Of a stretch of 64,000 nucleotides of DNA, positions 38,150 to 50,298 are shown piece after piece. The stretch is from Takakia lepidozioides. Its lineage: Eukaryota > Plantae > Bryophyta. Numbering within the stretch: position 1 is the first letter of the stretch; the number at the start of each line of letters is the position of its first letter. The notes beneath the pieces are model-generated. The model was not told the DNA's origin. It saw nothing but the letters and a program-made list of their open reading frames with translations, and did not search any database. Made by a program: the position numbers and the translations under genes. Location of the stretch: contig CM060733.1 of the NCBI GenBank assembly GCA_030704615.1, forward strand, positions 14,198,001-14,262,000, given 5' to 3'.

Positions 38150-38647
38150 AACAGTTAGTATCTCAGTTGGTAAAGTACACTGAGTGCCATCCGGATGACC
38201 CTGGGGTCAAATCCTGCTACTTGACGGGTGTGGTACACTCTTCTCCCCCTTCCCTGCGCAGGTGTCGCATCAGAAAGCCTTACGGCGAGGTTACTGAGAG
38301 GTTATTTTCTCCTCTCTCTATCAAGGGGCCTGATTCGTGAGCTGTCGATCCCAGGTGTTTCCCTTTAAGAAAAACATTTAAAAAAACAAAAAAAAAACCC
38401 AACAGTTGGTAGCTTACTGCACTTATTGCCACCCAGATGGTTCTGGGGTCAAATCTTGCTACCTGGATAGCTATGGTATGTTCTGGGCGGTGTCCCATGC
38501 GTAAGCCTTCATGGCGAGGTTACTGTGAAAGAGGTTATTTTTCCGCTCACTATTAACTAAGGGGCCCGATTTGTGAGCTGTCGCTCCCAGGTGTTTCCCT
38601 TTTTTAAAAAAACAAAAAAAAAACAAAAATTACTTAAAAAAAAAAAA
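38150..38647 (+). mobile_element. Two tandem tRNA-derived SINE copies with A-tails
   Basis: A-box-like tatctcagttgg, B-box-like ggggtcaaatcc, shared body ending gtgagctgtcg.tcccaggtgtttccct, then A-rich tails. Copies ~38150-38397 and ~38398-38647. Confidence 0.8.
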
Positions 38648-41600
38648 GGGGGGACGGAGCATGATGAGGTCAGATGGGATCAGGGATCAACTCCAAGAAA
38701 ATCCTCAGCACTGGACTCATCACTGATCAAAGTATCGTGGAGACAGCAGCAATAGACTTCAGCCTCATTTTGTGTAATTAGGTACCGTGGTTAGTCCGGC
38801 CCAAGTGTGAGAAGAGAGATAATTCCCTGTCCATCTTAGTTTCCCCCACTAAGTTCACTTTGCAACAGTATAATTCTGTCTGCGAGGGAGAACTTCCGTA
38901 TGCAACTTGGTATTCTCTTCCTCGCTCTGGCAAGAATACACTGCCCCTTCCGTTCAACTATGATACGAGAACCAAGTTGCAAAGAAAATGTTGCTTCAGC
39001 AAGATTTATACCTTGAAATGTTGCTGCAGCTCAAATTACAATTGACACTATTGAAGTTTGTGTCACCACTTGCAAAAGCCATGAGGTTTATCACAGCATA
39101 CACCCACTTGGAAGTGGGGACCAATAAACACACCTCCGCATCTGCACATCATGAGCGTCTATCGCCTCTAATAACAATGTTCACAAGTCATTTGAACCCG
39201 TTTGCACTTCACCGTTGCGCCATCGGTTGTACTTATCTAGACCAATAAAAGCTATGATGGAGTCGAACGAACGAACCCAGTATAAAATTAAGAAGTCCTT
39301 GTTGCACAAGCTATGCAGCGTTGGTCGTCGAGAAGGCTGCCATACGAACATCTTGCTGTAACTAGCCCTTTTGTTGGATTTAACCCTCAAGTAGCAACCG
39401 CTGTGTCCATCTCGTGACTAGAACCGCGTTCAAGAGCATCTCTTCTAAGAGTACTCCTCGTGTGATGAATTCAAGGATCGATGCGCTAGTCATGAGTAAT
39501 TCTGAACTAAAATCAATCAGATCAGATCATGTACACATTTATGTACACGTAGTATTCAAATTAGTAGTAATGACACAGAAATTCAGAAACAAGAGCACAT
39601 GTATGGTACACAGCTAAGGGCAGTAGTTCTCAGCACCTGGAACTAAGGATAGATCTATGGCAGAGAATGTCATGCAAGATCTTAGAGGTAGCACAAACAT
39701 GTCTTCCCCTCCGCCGGGTATCTCAGTCGATTGCTTGATCAAAGCCCAAAAAGGTTACTACTTAGGAACCGCTCTGGACAGTAGAGCCAATGCAGGAATT
39801 CTCCAAGTTAGTAGAGGCCAGCAAGGTCTAAACCCGCCACTTATAAGGAGCTGCCTATTACAATCTGCCCATTACCTTCAGCTTAATTACTGCGCCATAC
39901 ATATTTAGTTATAGGTCCCACCTCTAGAAAGCCTTCTTGATTAGTATATTAGATACTTATTAACTACCGTACGTACCAATGACTTTCGTCTAATAAAAAA
40001 GAATTCAAGATACTCAAGATTAGGTGATTCTCACCTAGTGAGTAATCTAGAATTCCATGCTAAAAGCTTAGTCAACCCAGGTCCCATTCCCTCGTGAGAC
40101 AAAAGCTGCCGCCATCTTGAGCAGGTAAAAGGGACTCCAAATTACGCTATAGCTTTGCACTGTGATAGTATGCAGCTCGCATTGACGTGTGCCAGAATTC
40201 GCATACATGGGGCACTTATCATCGCCCAACATTTGAGGCTACTCTTGGGTGTCTTCAGTAATCACAACATGTAATTGGGCGAGGAAAATACCAGCCATCA
40301 AGTTATGAGACCTGCAGAAGCACTAGAGCCAAGACTATATTAGTGTAGACCGTAAGCTGCAGTCCATCCTCCATGCAAAACAGTATAGACCTGGTTATTT
40401 CACCTGAGCCATATACTAGTTTCTAGGATTTGGGATAGTAGCCAGCGATTATCATGAGTGTCTATCTGAAAATGTGCTAAAACTTCATAATATAACCATG
40501 GGGAACCCCTACAGAATGTGGACTAGGGGGCTAGAGAGCAACCCTGTCAGCTATATATCGCCAAGGAAACGTTAAAACAATTGACACAAGGCCACTAGAA
40601 AGAGCTGGCCCACTTGTTACCTTCTTGTTACTTCACTTACTTCCACTTCCCCATCAAAAGCTAACATGGTGCCCAACTATTTTCTATAGAAATATTTTCT
40701 ATAGTTAGTTAACTTATAAAGATTAGTATACAAAGTGTAAATGTACCGAGCCCCGTCTTCAGTGCCCAATATGAACTTTCCATGAAATGAGACACTCTAG
40801 AGCCTTTTGAGCGTGATTCTTGTTACATGAACTTCAGCATTTTCAGATGTGAGTGTCCATACTTCTGAGGTGATAATTCTTGTGTATCGCTAGCATACAC
40901 GAGGCATACACTTTCAAACTCCAGCTGTTCAGTTCCAGCAATAGTTCAAGAATAGTTGAAAAGATAGTTGAAGCGGAGATTGTAAACAGACGAGAAACAG
41001 GCCATTCGTAAAATCGATGTATTTATGTAGAGCTCACTGCAGTAAGCAATTACAGTCACTTTGAAGAGTATTATGACCTGCCTACAACCCAAAAACCAAG
41101 TGCACTAAAGCTGTGAACAAGACACCCGATCGGTACCTTGCTTTTACTCTGCAGAGATTGCTTGAAAATCTAGACATCTAGAATTGTTATATCTGGATGT
41201 TAGATCGAGGAAGCACTTTATCGTGCCTCTATTTACCCTCTCAACGTCTACAACAAAACCTAGACCACTTTATCTCTGTCCTGCGCATGCAGGATTCAAC
41301 AGTCTAAACTAAAGTTGTTGACAATCCTAGGACGGAGCATGAGTGATGCTATCCGCGCAGGACTCAGCAGTCTACATCAAAATCTAGACCACCTTATTGA
41401 AAATCCTGCGACGGAGCAGTGAATTAGCAGGATCCTCGCGTTCGCTTCCCTCGACCAGCTGCTTGTTCTGGCAAATCCAAGCGCGAAGCTCGGTTCCCAT
41501 CTGCAATCTGCTCAATCACCATTTCCATTGAATGATTAAATCCACCTTTCCACGAGTTCGTTTAGAATCTCAAGCAAGAAATTACTGATCTCAACTAGAT

Positions 41601-41649
41601 CTTGTAGCAATATGTGCACGCCTTATACATTTGCCGAATGAGATAGTAC

Positions 41650-42992
41650 CTACCTTGCTGGTATGGATGCTTCTATGCCAGCTGCGCAGGCCAACTCTTC
41701 GATGAGGAAAGGTAAGTTACGGTCAAACTCCTTCATAGCGTGCTTGTCCCCCTCCACCCTCTTCAGATGTGCCACCTGGTGTGATGCACAGCGGACTTTC
41801 TCACCCTGCAATTACAGTTAATTATCAGAATTCTGCATCTTTCTGCATGTCAAGTGACGATTTCTCCGAACTCTACCGACCCCCAAAATTTGTCTTCGAT
41901 AACCGGCATCAGAAACCAAGAGAACTATTCGATGAATCGGCAGCACAAACTCACCTCATTCTTGACGCAACGTGCCAGGAAGACCTCAGCACATGCATCG
42001 TTAACCTTGGCCGCCCGCTGAAGAAGATCATTGGCCTTCTTGTACCCCACCTGTGAACACTCACGAACCAGCCAGTATCAACAGATAGTACCCATATCAG
42101 TGTCTTATGTACAATTGTCTACCAAAATAGCGCCAAATAACTTCATACAAGTTGTTGACGTACCTTGCTTACTGCCAGAAACTCGCTGAAACCGTACAGC
42201 AGATCAGACTGGTCCCTCTGTGAGAAGTGCTCGGCAGAGATCTGAGCAACAGACCCAATTTCCACCCTCGCACCGCGTTTGACGAGAAAGTCTATGACCC
42301 TCCAGCTATCGTTGATTTCGATTTGGGATTTGATCTGTTGGTAACAACATCGCCAAATGTTAAGGTGAGATTTTGAGCTCTATCTAAAATGATAACACTT
42401 CCGCTTTGCCAAATCTGTAGGCTGAACTAATTACCTTGCAGTACAAGGCCACCCCGGGAAGCGCTACATTGTCATGGCTGAAGAAAGCCGATGCAGCAGC
42501 AAAAAGTGCTCCGGTATTGGCGTGATATCTGCAAGACGAGTCAAATGTCACGAGTTCAACACAAAACTCGTCTTCCAACAGCCACCTGCATATATAGGGA
42601 CGGGACAGGGACAATGCAAGAAATCAAGAGATAGTGGGCCTTGACGCACGCAATGCACTTGTTGAGGGCGTCGTCGATCTCAGCGCTTGCTTGCGGAATG
42701 CGCGCCAATGAGGCACTCGCATCACCCACTCTAACGCCCTTGATCTGCTCCATCTCCTTCTTGATCTGCTTCAGAATTTAATTTTAATTTCACGCAAGTC
42801 ATTTGAATGTTTCGATCAGCACTGCTGACCAATATAACAGTGCTCAAACAGAGTCCCTGGATTACTATGAACTAGTATTCTATCTAGGAAAAAAATACAA
42901 CGAAATGTCCATGTTCGACGCTGCAGCGGTTTGTTTACCTCCTCCGCGTAAGGGAAGTTATCCTGAGCGACGTTTCCGCCCCGAGTGGCCAT
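41650..42992 (-). CDS. Divergent ferritin-like protein, copy B
   Basis: Same exon structure; starts MATRGGNVAQDNFPYAEE|IKKEMEQIKG; no internal stops in the spliced frame. Confidence 0.8.
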
Positions 42993-43234
42993 TCTTGCAG
43001 AAGAGTAGATAGATCTGCGAATGTGCAAAGCCCAATCAGAAGCCCTTTTAACCAAACAATGTGAAATCATTTTTTGCTCTCTATATATACTAACATTCTT
43101 CAAAGCTGGGCACCAACATAATCTGAAACACGTTATCTGCATGAGAACTCACTCTGTCGCTTGAAGAATAACACTTGAGGCTTTCAGGAACATCTGACAG
43201 CGAAGAAGAGTTTGTGAGATAAACAAAGCCGGAT

Positions 43235-43720
43235 CGAGATATATATAGGCCTGCAAAGTAGAAGCCGAGGATGAGTTAAATCGTAAAAAGACTGCTGGTG
43301 CTGGAATCGCACTGCTCACGTTCCTCCGCATGCCTCCAAGGGAGTCGCTTTGCGTCACTCGTTGTAGCCACCAGCAGCCGCCTCGCAGCCACGTGTCGAT
43401 TCTGCGCACGTGGAGAGTTGTAGGCCTTCCTTACTGGATCGAGAAAATTGTTCACCCGGTTTAAACTCTCTCAGAGTTCTCAGCATTTTTGGGTGATGAC
43501 GTTGGACTGCAACGTACGTAATAGCAAGTAAATCTAGTAAGAATGGCCAGAATTACTGGTGGTAAACCACGGTGCATGCAGGGCCACACGCGTGCGAGGT
43601 GGACACATGGGGTGGCATGCCGCGGCAAGTGCAGGTCTCTCGCACTTGACTGCGTGGGAGGAGTGCGTGGGGGGTGTGCAGCCCTGCTCTACTCGCAGTT
43701 CCAGCCCTATACATACCCCC
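43235..43720. promoter_or_regulatory. Divergent promoter region between ferritin-like copies B and C with ABRE/G-box, RY and TATA-like motifs
   Basis: gccacgtgtc (~43388), gcacgtgg (~43406), catgca (~43575), cacgcgtg (~43587); TATA-like tatatata (~43240, -) and tatacata (~43708, +), each followed by a non-coding exon ending in GTGAGT or a similar donor. Confidence 0.55.
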
Positions 43721-43966
43721 ATCTCTCTCTGGTTATCTCACAATCCTTCTTCGTGCTCTTCACCTGCATCAAGACCTCGGTAGCGACATTTCTCAATCGA
43801 CTGTGAGTGAGTGAGTTATCCTGTGTTCATTGCTTTCGCAGCTGCAAGAATTTCAGTCAGTACAGAGAGAGCGATTAAAGTTCGCATTGTTTGATTACTG
43901 GGTCTTCTGAGTAAGTTGTGCACATTCGCAGGTAAGCGTACAGATTTATCAACACTTCCAGAAACA

Positions 43967-45346
43967 ATGGCCTTTCGTAATGGTGGAGGCATGGCGGACT
44001 TCCCTTGCGCGGAGGAGGTAAACAGCTCGCTACAGTCGCGAACATGAAATTTTTATAATATAGTTCTCGGCCCCAGCTTGAATCGAAACCAGTTGACGTT
44101 CAGCTAGTGCTTGAGTGACTCTGTTTTCTTATGTAGACTGTGGTGATATCGATCGGAACACTTGGACTTGCGTAACTAACACTAAATTTTGGAGCAGATC
44201 AAGAAGGAGATGGAGCAGATCAAGAGCGTAAGAGTGGGTGATGTGAGTGCCTCGTTGGCGCGCATTCCGCAAGCAAGCGCTGAGATCGACGACGCCCTCA
44301 TGAAGTGCATGGCGTGCGTTAATCAAAGGCCCACTAGTTATTTCTTGATTTCTTCCATTGTACCTAGTATGATCCCTTTCCTATAAACTTCGCTCTTGAA
44401 GACGATCTGAACTGAACTCTTGGGACGAATGACATTTGGCTTGTCTTGCAGATATCACTGCAACAGCGCAGCACTTTTTGCTGCGGGATCGGCTTTCTTC
44501 AGCCATGACAATGTCGCGCTTCCCGGGGTGGCCTTGTACTGCAAGGTAAAAGGTCCAGCCTACTGATTTGGCAAAGCGTACGTAGGTGAAGTGTTATTTT
44601 AGCTCTCAAAATCTCACCTCAACATCGGATATTGTTGTTACCAACAGATCAGATCCCAAGTCGAACTCAACGATAGCTGGAGGGTCATCGACTTTCTCGC
44701 CAAACGCGGTGCGAGGGTGGAAATTGGGCCTGTTGCTCAGATCTCTTCCGACCACTTCTCACAGAAGGATCAGTCTGATGTGCTGTACGGTTTCAGCGTG
44801 ATGCTGGCAGTAAGCAAGGTACGTTAACAACTTGTATGAAGTTTTGGTAGACAATTGTACATGAGATATTGATATGGGTTTTATCTGTTAATATTGGCTG
44901 GTTCGTGAGTGTTCAACAGGTGGGGTATAAGAAGGCGAATGATCTTCTTATGCGGGCGATGAAGTGCAACGATGCATGTGCTGAGGTCTTCCTCGCATGT
45001 TGCGTCAAGAATGAGGTGAGTTTATGCTGCCGATTCATCGAATAGTTCTCTTGGTTTCTGATGCCGGTTATCGAAGACAAATTTGAGGGGGACCGTAGAG
45101 TTCAGAGAAATCGTCACTTATGTAGAAAGATGCAGAATTTTGATAACTAGTTTACAATTGCAGTGTGAGAAAGTCCGCTGTGCATCCCACCACGTGGCAC
45201 ATCTGAAGAGGGTGGAGGGGGACAAGCACGCTATGAAGGAGTTTGATCGTAACTTACCCTTCTACATCGAAGAGGTGGCCTGCGCAGCTGGTATAGAAGC
45301 CTCCATACCAGCAAGGTGGGTACTATCTCATTCAGCTAATATGTAA
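43967..45346 (+). CDS. Divergent ferritin-like protein, copy C
   Basis: Same exon structure on the + strand; starts MAFRNGGGMADFPCAEE|IKKEMEQIKS; no internal stops in the spliced frame. Confidence 0.8.
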
Positions 45347-47759
45347 GGCGTGCAAATATTGCTACAAGATCTAGTTGAGATCAGTAATTTGTTGCTTGAG
45401 ATTCTAAACGAACTCGTGGAAAGGTGGATTTAATCATTCAATAAAAATGGGGATTGAGCAGATTGCAGATGGGAACCGAGCTTCGCGCTTGGATCTGCCA
45501 GAACAAGCAGCTGGTCGAGGGAAGCGAACGCGAGGATCCTGCTAATTCACTGCTCCGTCGTAGGGTGTTCAACAAGGTGGTCTAGATTTTGCTGTAGACT
45601 GCTGAATCCTGCGCGGGATAGCATCACTGCTCCGTCCCAGGATTGTCAACGAGGTGGACTAGATTTTAGTGTAGACTGCGTAGGATAGAAACAAGGTGGT
45701 CCAGATTTTGTTGTAGATTTGTGAGGCTTTACACGATCGTGTACTTCCCCGCATCCAGATCCAACAATTCTAGATTGTTAAGACTTAGGTTTTCAAGCAA
45801 GCTCTGAAGAGCTAAAACATGGCACGATCGTGCCTTGTCTATTTCAAATAAGTGACTGCAGTCGTTTTGACTGCAGTGAGCAATACATAAATAAATCGCT
45901 TGTAAATCGTCTATCAAAACTGTGATTACTGGTCGCTTTGTCTTCTACGGAATCTCTGTTTCAGTGGGCGTGATGCCCAATGTGTGGGGCTTGCACCGCG
46001 CAGCCAGAATCGAATATTTTTTTCCCAACTATTAATCAACTATCTTTTCTATGTCAAAGGGAGTGCATTGCATTGCTACCTCATTTCTCTTCTGTACAAC
46101 CTGATTCGCTTCCCTCTGGCCATTCAGGCAGGCAAAAGGACTCACACTGGCTCTCACCTAAGACGTTAGTGGAGCCCCAGTAGATTTTGCCTCAGAGCCC
46201 TTGGAAAAAGGTGACTAGGAACAGCTCTGGACTACAGCCAATGGAGTTCTCCCAGTAAGTAGCAGCACCTAATTAAACCCACCAGTGTAAAAAAGCGCTA
46301 CAGGTTACTCCAATTAGTGATGCCCCTTCCCATTACCATCCACCCACCTTCAGCTTACATCATACATAGTTGACTGTGGTACCAATGACTTCCTCTGATA
46401 AAAGGAATTCTTTGCTCAAGATTAGGTGATTCTCACCTCTACTTTTCTAGAATTCCATGCAAATAAAATTTAGTCAACCCAAATGTTCCCTGGTAGAGAC
46501 AAGGCACCACCATCTCAGGTAAAACAGTCTTTTGAGTCCTATGTCTAACAAATGCTGGCACATGCACTTGATGAAACCCTAGAGGATATTATTAATACCC
46601 AAAAAGATTGCATTGTATTTATACATGAGTAAACCATCTCAAACTTGAGAACGAAACCTGGCTCCACATGGGGCACTTATCAATGGCCAATGAGGCCACT
46701 CTATGAAGGTGTCATCAGTAACCACAAAACATCAATACCAGCAGTCAAGTTTTGAGATGTAGAAGCACTGGAGCTTATAAACCGCACCATACGTACTGCA
46801 AGCCTACATGTGACACATTACGGAACTAGTATTCGCGTAATATTCGCCTCTGGTGCAAGTTCCGATTCGGGATGAAGACAGAGTTTGTTAGCGTCTATCA
46901 AATTTATGTGCAAATACTTCATAATATACACAAGCAAGGGGAACCCCAACAGCTAGGGTGGCCATTGTGGGGTAGAGATCAAGCATCTTATTGCAGCAAG
47001 GATGGAAAACTAAAACAATCGACACCAAGCGAGTAGAAAGCGCTGGCACTAGTTGTTCACACTTTCAGAAGCTAACATGGTGCCCTAGTTCTAAGGCCTT
47101 GATCCGAGATCACTATACACAACGCAAATGAACTGAGCCGATGTACCTCACTACTATCAGCGTTAGATCAGTGTCTTCAATGCCCAATTGATATGAATCC
47201 CCATGAAATAAGACCATTAGAGCATTGATTTTTGTTACCGAACTTGCTGTAGACGGGAACTCTGCCGCAGTTCTCCTGATGTGACCCAAGCACCAGCGTC
47301 CGAGGCTTGCGGTTTGGGACATCTCAACGCTACAAAACAAAACAAAACATACGTCTAGCTTCATATATTGACTGGGGTAGTTTGTGCCGTTGGCCTAAGT
47401 GTCCACGTGAAAGATCTTATATGTATCCCAGTGCGTCATATGCTGAGGCCACCTCTAGGGTAGCATGTGCCTTTGGCCCATGTATGAGTAGTTGAAATCT
47501 AAGACCAAGTGCAATTTCCTATGTATCCCCATTCGTCTCCTATGTCGAGGCCCAAGTGCTACCTCTAGTGTAGCCTATGCCGTTGGCCCATGTGTGAAGA
47601 ATTGAAATCTAACTCCCATGTAGAGGCCCAAGTGTCCAATGTCATATAACTTGCCCAAATGCAATCTCCTATGTATCCAAGTACGTCTCCCATGTCAAGG
47701 CCCAATTTATTTTTTTCCATTATTAATTTATTGAGTAATAATATATCCATTCATTGTTG

Positions 47760-48015
47760 ATATATCTCCCGTCAAGGCTCCTAGGAAACTTCCCCTTTGC
47801 TATTTTTTGCGAGTTTCCAGCGACCCAAAGTACTTTGAAATTCCACATCACCGCAGGTCCAAAAGTCATGAGACCAAGCCCGTGCACCCCTCCCCGCCCC
47901 CTCCTTGCAGAGGGCTTACCAACGGCACCAAGCACCTGCGCCGCTGGCCCCGCGGTTTGGGAGATCTCAACGACGCTACAAAACAAAACAAGCGTATCGC
48001 TTCATGTATTGATAG
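47760..48015 (+). repeat. Dispersed repeat, also at ~60070-60400 and partially at 47285-47370
   Basis: Shared cgacccaaagtactt.gaaattccacatc, catgagaccaagcc.gtgcac, gagggctt.ccaacggcaccaagcacc and gctacaaaacaaaac. Confidence 0.8.
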
Positions 48016-49081
48016 CTATTTTTTTGCATACTTTAACTTACGAGATAAGTTTTATTTCTAGTCCATGTTTATTTTTTATTTTTTATATAAAACTGACGTG
48101 AGGTTCGACAGACCCTACGTGACCTCACGTCAAATTAGTATGCCGATATGCAGGTTTGTCATTTAGCCAATTTGGAGATGAATTTTACTAAGACTCATCT
48201 CGTCGACATGTGTTTTAGCTTCTACACTCATTGTGCAATTCTCATCAAATATTACACTTATCCATCAAGGTGTCGTAGTGGCTGACCTCAACAACTGTTT
48301 TATTGCTTCGAGGAGTTTATGTTGGGGAGAGCGATCCATGACAAGAAAGACGGAAAGCTTATGATACTAGAGGAATCTGTTTTCTCTACCCTATGGATAG
48401 TACCTCACAGTTTGCTCTTACTAGAGTTTCTCTCCAATGTGAAGAAGTAATCCAGTGTGGAAACATTGGAGCCAATAATTGTGGTATTTGTCACACCTTG
48501 TGGGCTTTATGCCACACATTAGAAGTCAACGACCTATTGACCCTATAAGAATCATGCAGTGCCCACTACTTACTAATTTAGTAAGTAGTATGTTAATAGG
48601 TAGTAAGAAGGGGGGGGGGTCTTTTATATACCCTCTCAAGACGGTGGGACCTCTTTAGAAGCCCACTTGGCACCCTTCTAGAAGGCCCTGGACACATGTC
48701 AGCCCTACAAGACTCCCTATCTAAATTTGGCCAATTTCATACATCTCGTGTTCCGCCCTTCTTTTTTTGGACCCCTTGATCTCATTCTTTAATACACATG
48801 GCCTTACTACATAAGCCCCCACTCTAATCTCTCTCCCTGAACAATAAAAGAACAAGAAAAAGAAACTCTACGTGGTCTATGTGGTTAGACATGACACTTG
48901 AGCCACGGTCATAAGATGGCCTAGTGGTGGTTAGGGCCATTTCACTTGATAATGGTTGTTGGTTCAAAACCAAATATCTAAGTGTGTTGGATATAGGTAG
49001 ATAGGGTGTTCTCTTTTCCAATCGGAAGGCATGTAGCATACAAACTAGAAACACCTTTCATGACGCACCATGTTGGGTTAA

Positions 49082-50298
49082 TCCTTAAGTGCCAAAACTC
49101 ATTTTCACCCCTCTCGTGGAAAAACATGACCCTGGCCCACAAAAAAAAAATTATCTATAGCATGTCTGTGTCCCTGTAAAATTGACCATTGGAATACCTT
49201 CCCACCTACCCCCCCTCCTATCACAAAAAGTTTCACCAAAATCCAACTGCCAGATCTGAAGATTATGAAGTGTAGAGTGGGGACGAAAAAAAAATCTCCA
49301 CTAAGAACTAGGTGCCAAAAAAGCAGTTTTTTGCTCGTATTTGGGCATTTTTAATTTTTTCTGTTTGAGAGTCTCAAGAATGTTGCTCCATACCTGATAA
49401 CACACATTCTCATAAAATTTCAGTTTTTTCTGAAATGTTCTCAAGTGGGCTCCTTTGTAGTTACAAATTGGGGGGTCAAAATATGCCATTTTCCTTGGGC
49501 AGGCCAAAATCTCTCTTCCTAAAATTATACAAAAAATTCAGCCGGTCAATCCCTAATCCCTCCGGTTGAAATGTCATGGGCTTCCATATAAAGTCCCCGA
49601 AAAACTTTGAGGCCAATCAGCCAATGCACCGCATCCTTAGGTTCCCTGCCCAAGACTTCAAATGGCACACCTTCGGTATAGCCTGCAAGCCTAGGATATT
49701 TGGAGCCATAGCCCAGAAGGGCGCGGGGTTTGGGAGCTCCTCTGGCTACCCGGCCCCGCTTTCATGGGGGGCCACTCCACCCTCAACCCTCTCAAATCCC
49801 AGCCCTAGGTTTGGCCCACCCCTCCTGGCATTTTTCTCGAGCCTCGAGCTCTGCCGCCATCGTGGCTGCACTCCCTCCGGCCCGCCTTGCATGGCGTTAG
49901 CCGGAGCTGCCATCGCCGTGGATTCAGGCTAGGGCCCAAGCCTGGGATGCCCAGACCTGCGACAGGTGCCATGCCCCTGCCGGGCAATCAAGGGGTTTGG
50001 GGGAGCGTGCCGCCCTAACCTTTATGGGGTATCTTTCAGTCACCCTAACCTGACCGCAGTTGCCTTGGGCAGGTTAGGGGGGGGCAAATTGGCCTCAAAA
50101 AACTGAGTGTGCCCCCTTCCAATTGGTCCAGACCCATACCCCTTCGGGCATTGACCAATTGGCCAATGCCACATGAAGAGGGACCCGATTATCTGTCGAT
50201 TGAGCCAAAGAAAAGGCCAATCAGCCTTAACCACAGGAAGTTATGGCTGGTTAAAGAAACCTAACCAACCCAAAACGGGTCGGTTTGACACTTAAGGG
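49082..50298. mobile_element. piggyBac-like non-autonomous TIR element with TTAA target duplication
   Basis: TTAA|tccttaagtgccaaa at left and tttgacacttaaggg|TTAA at right (TIR 13/15 match); no transposase ORF. Confidence 0.68.

Noticed and set aside
38155-38225. tRNA gene
   Set aside because: Degenerate boxes, no convincing cloverleaf, followed by a SINE body and A-tail
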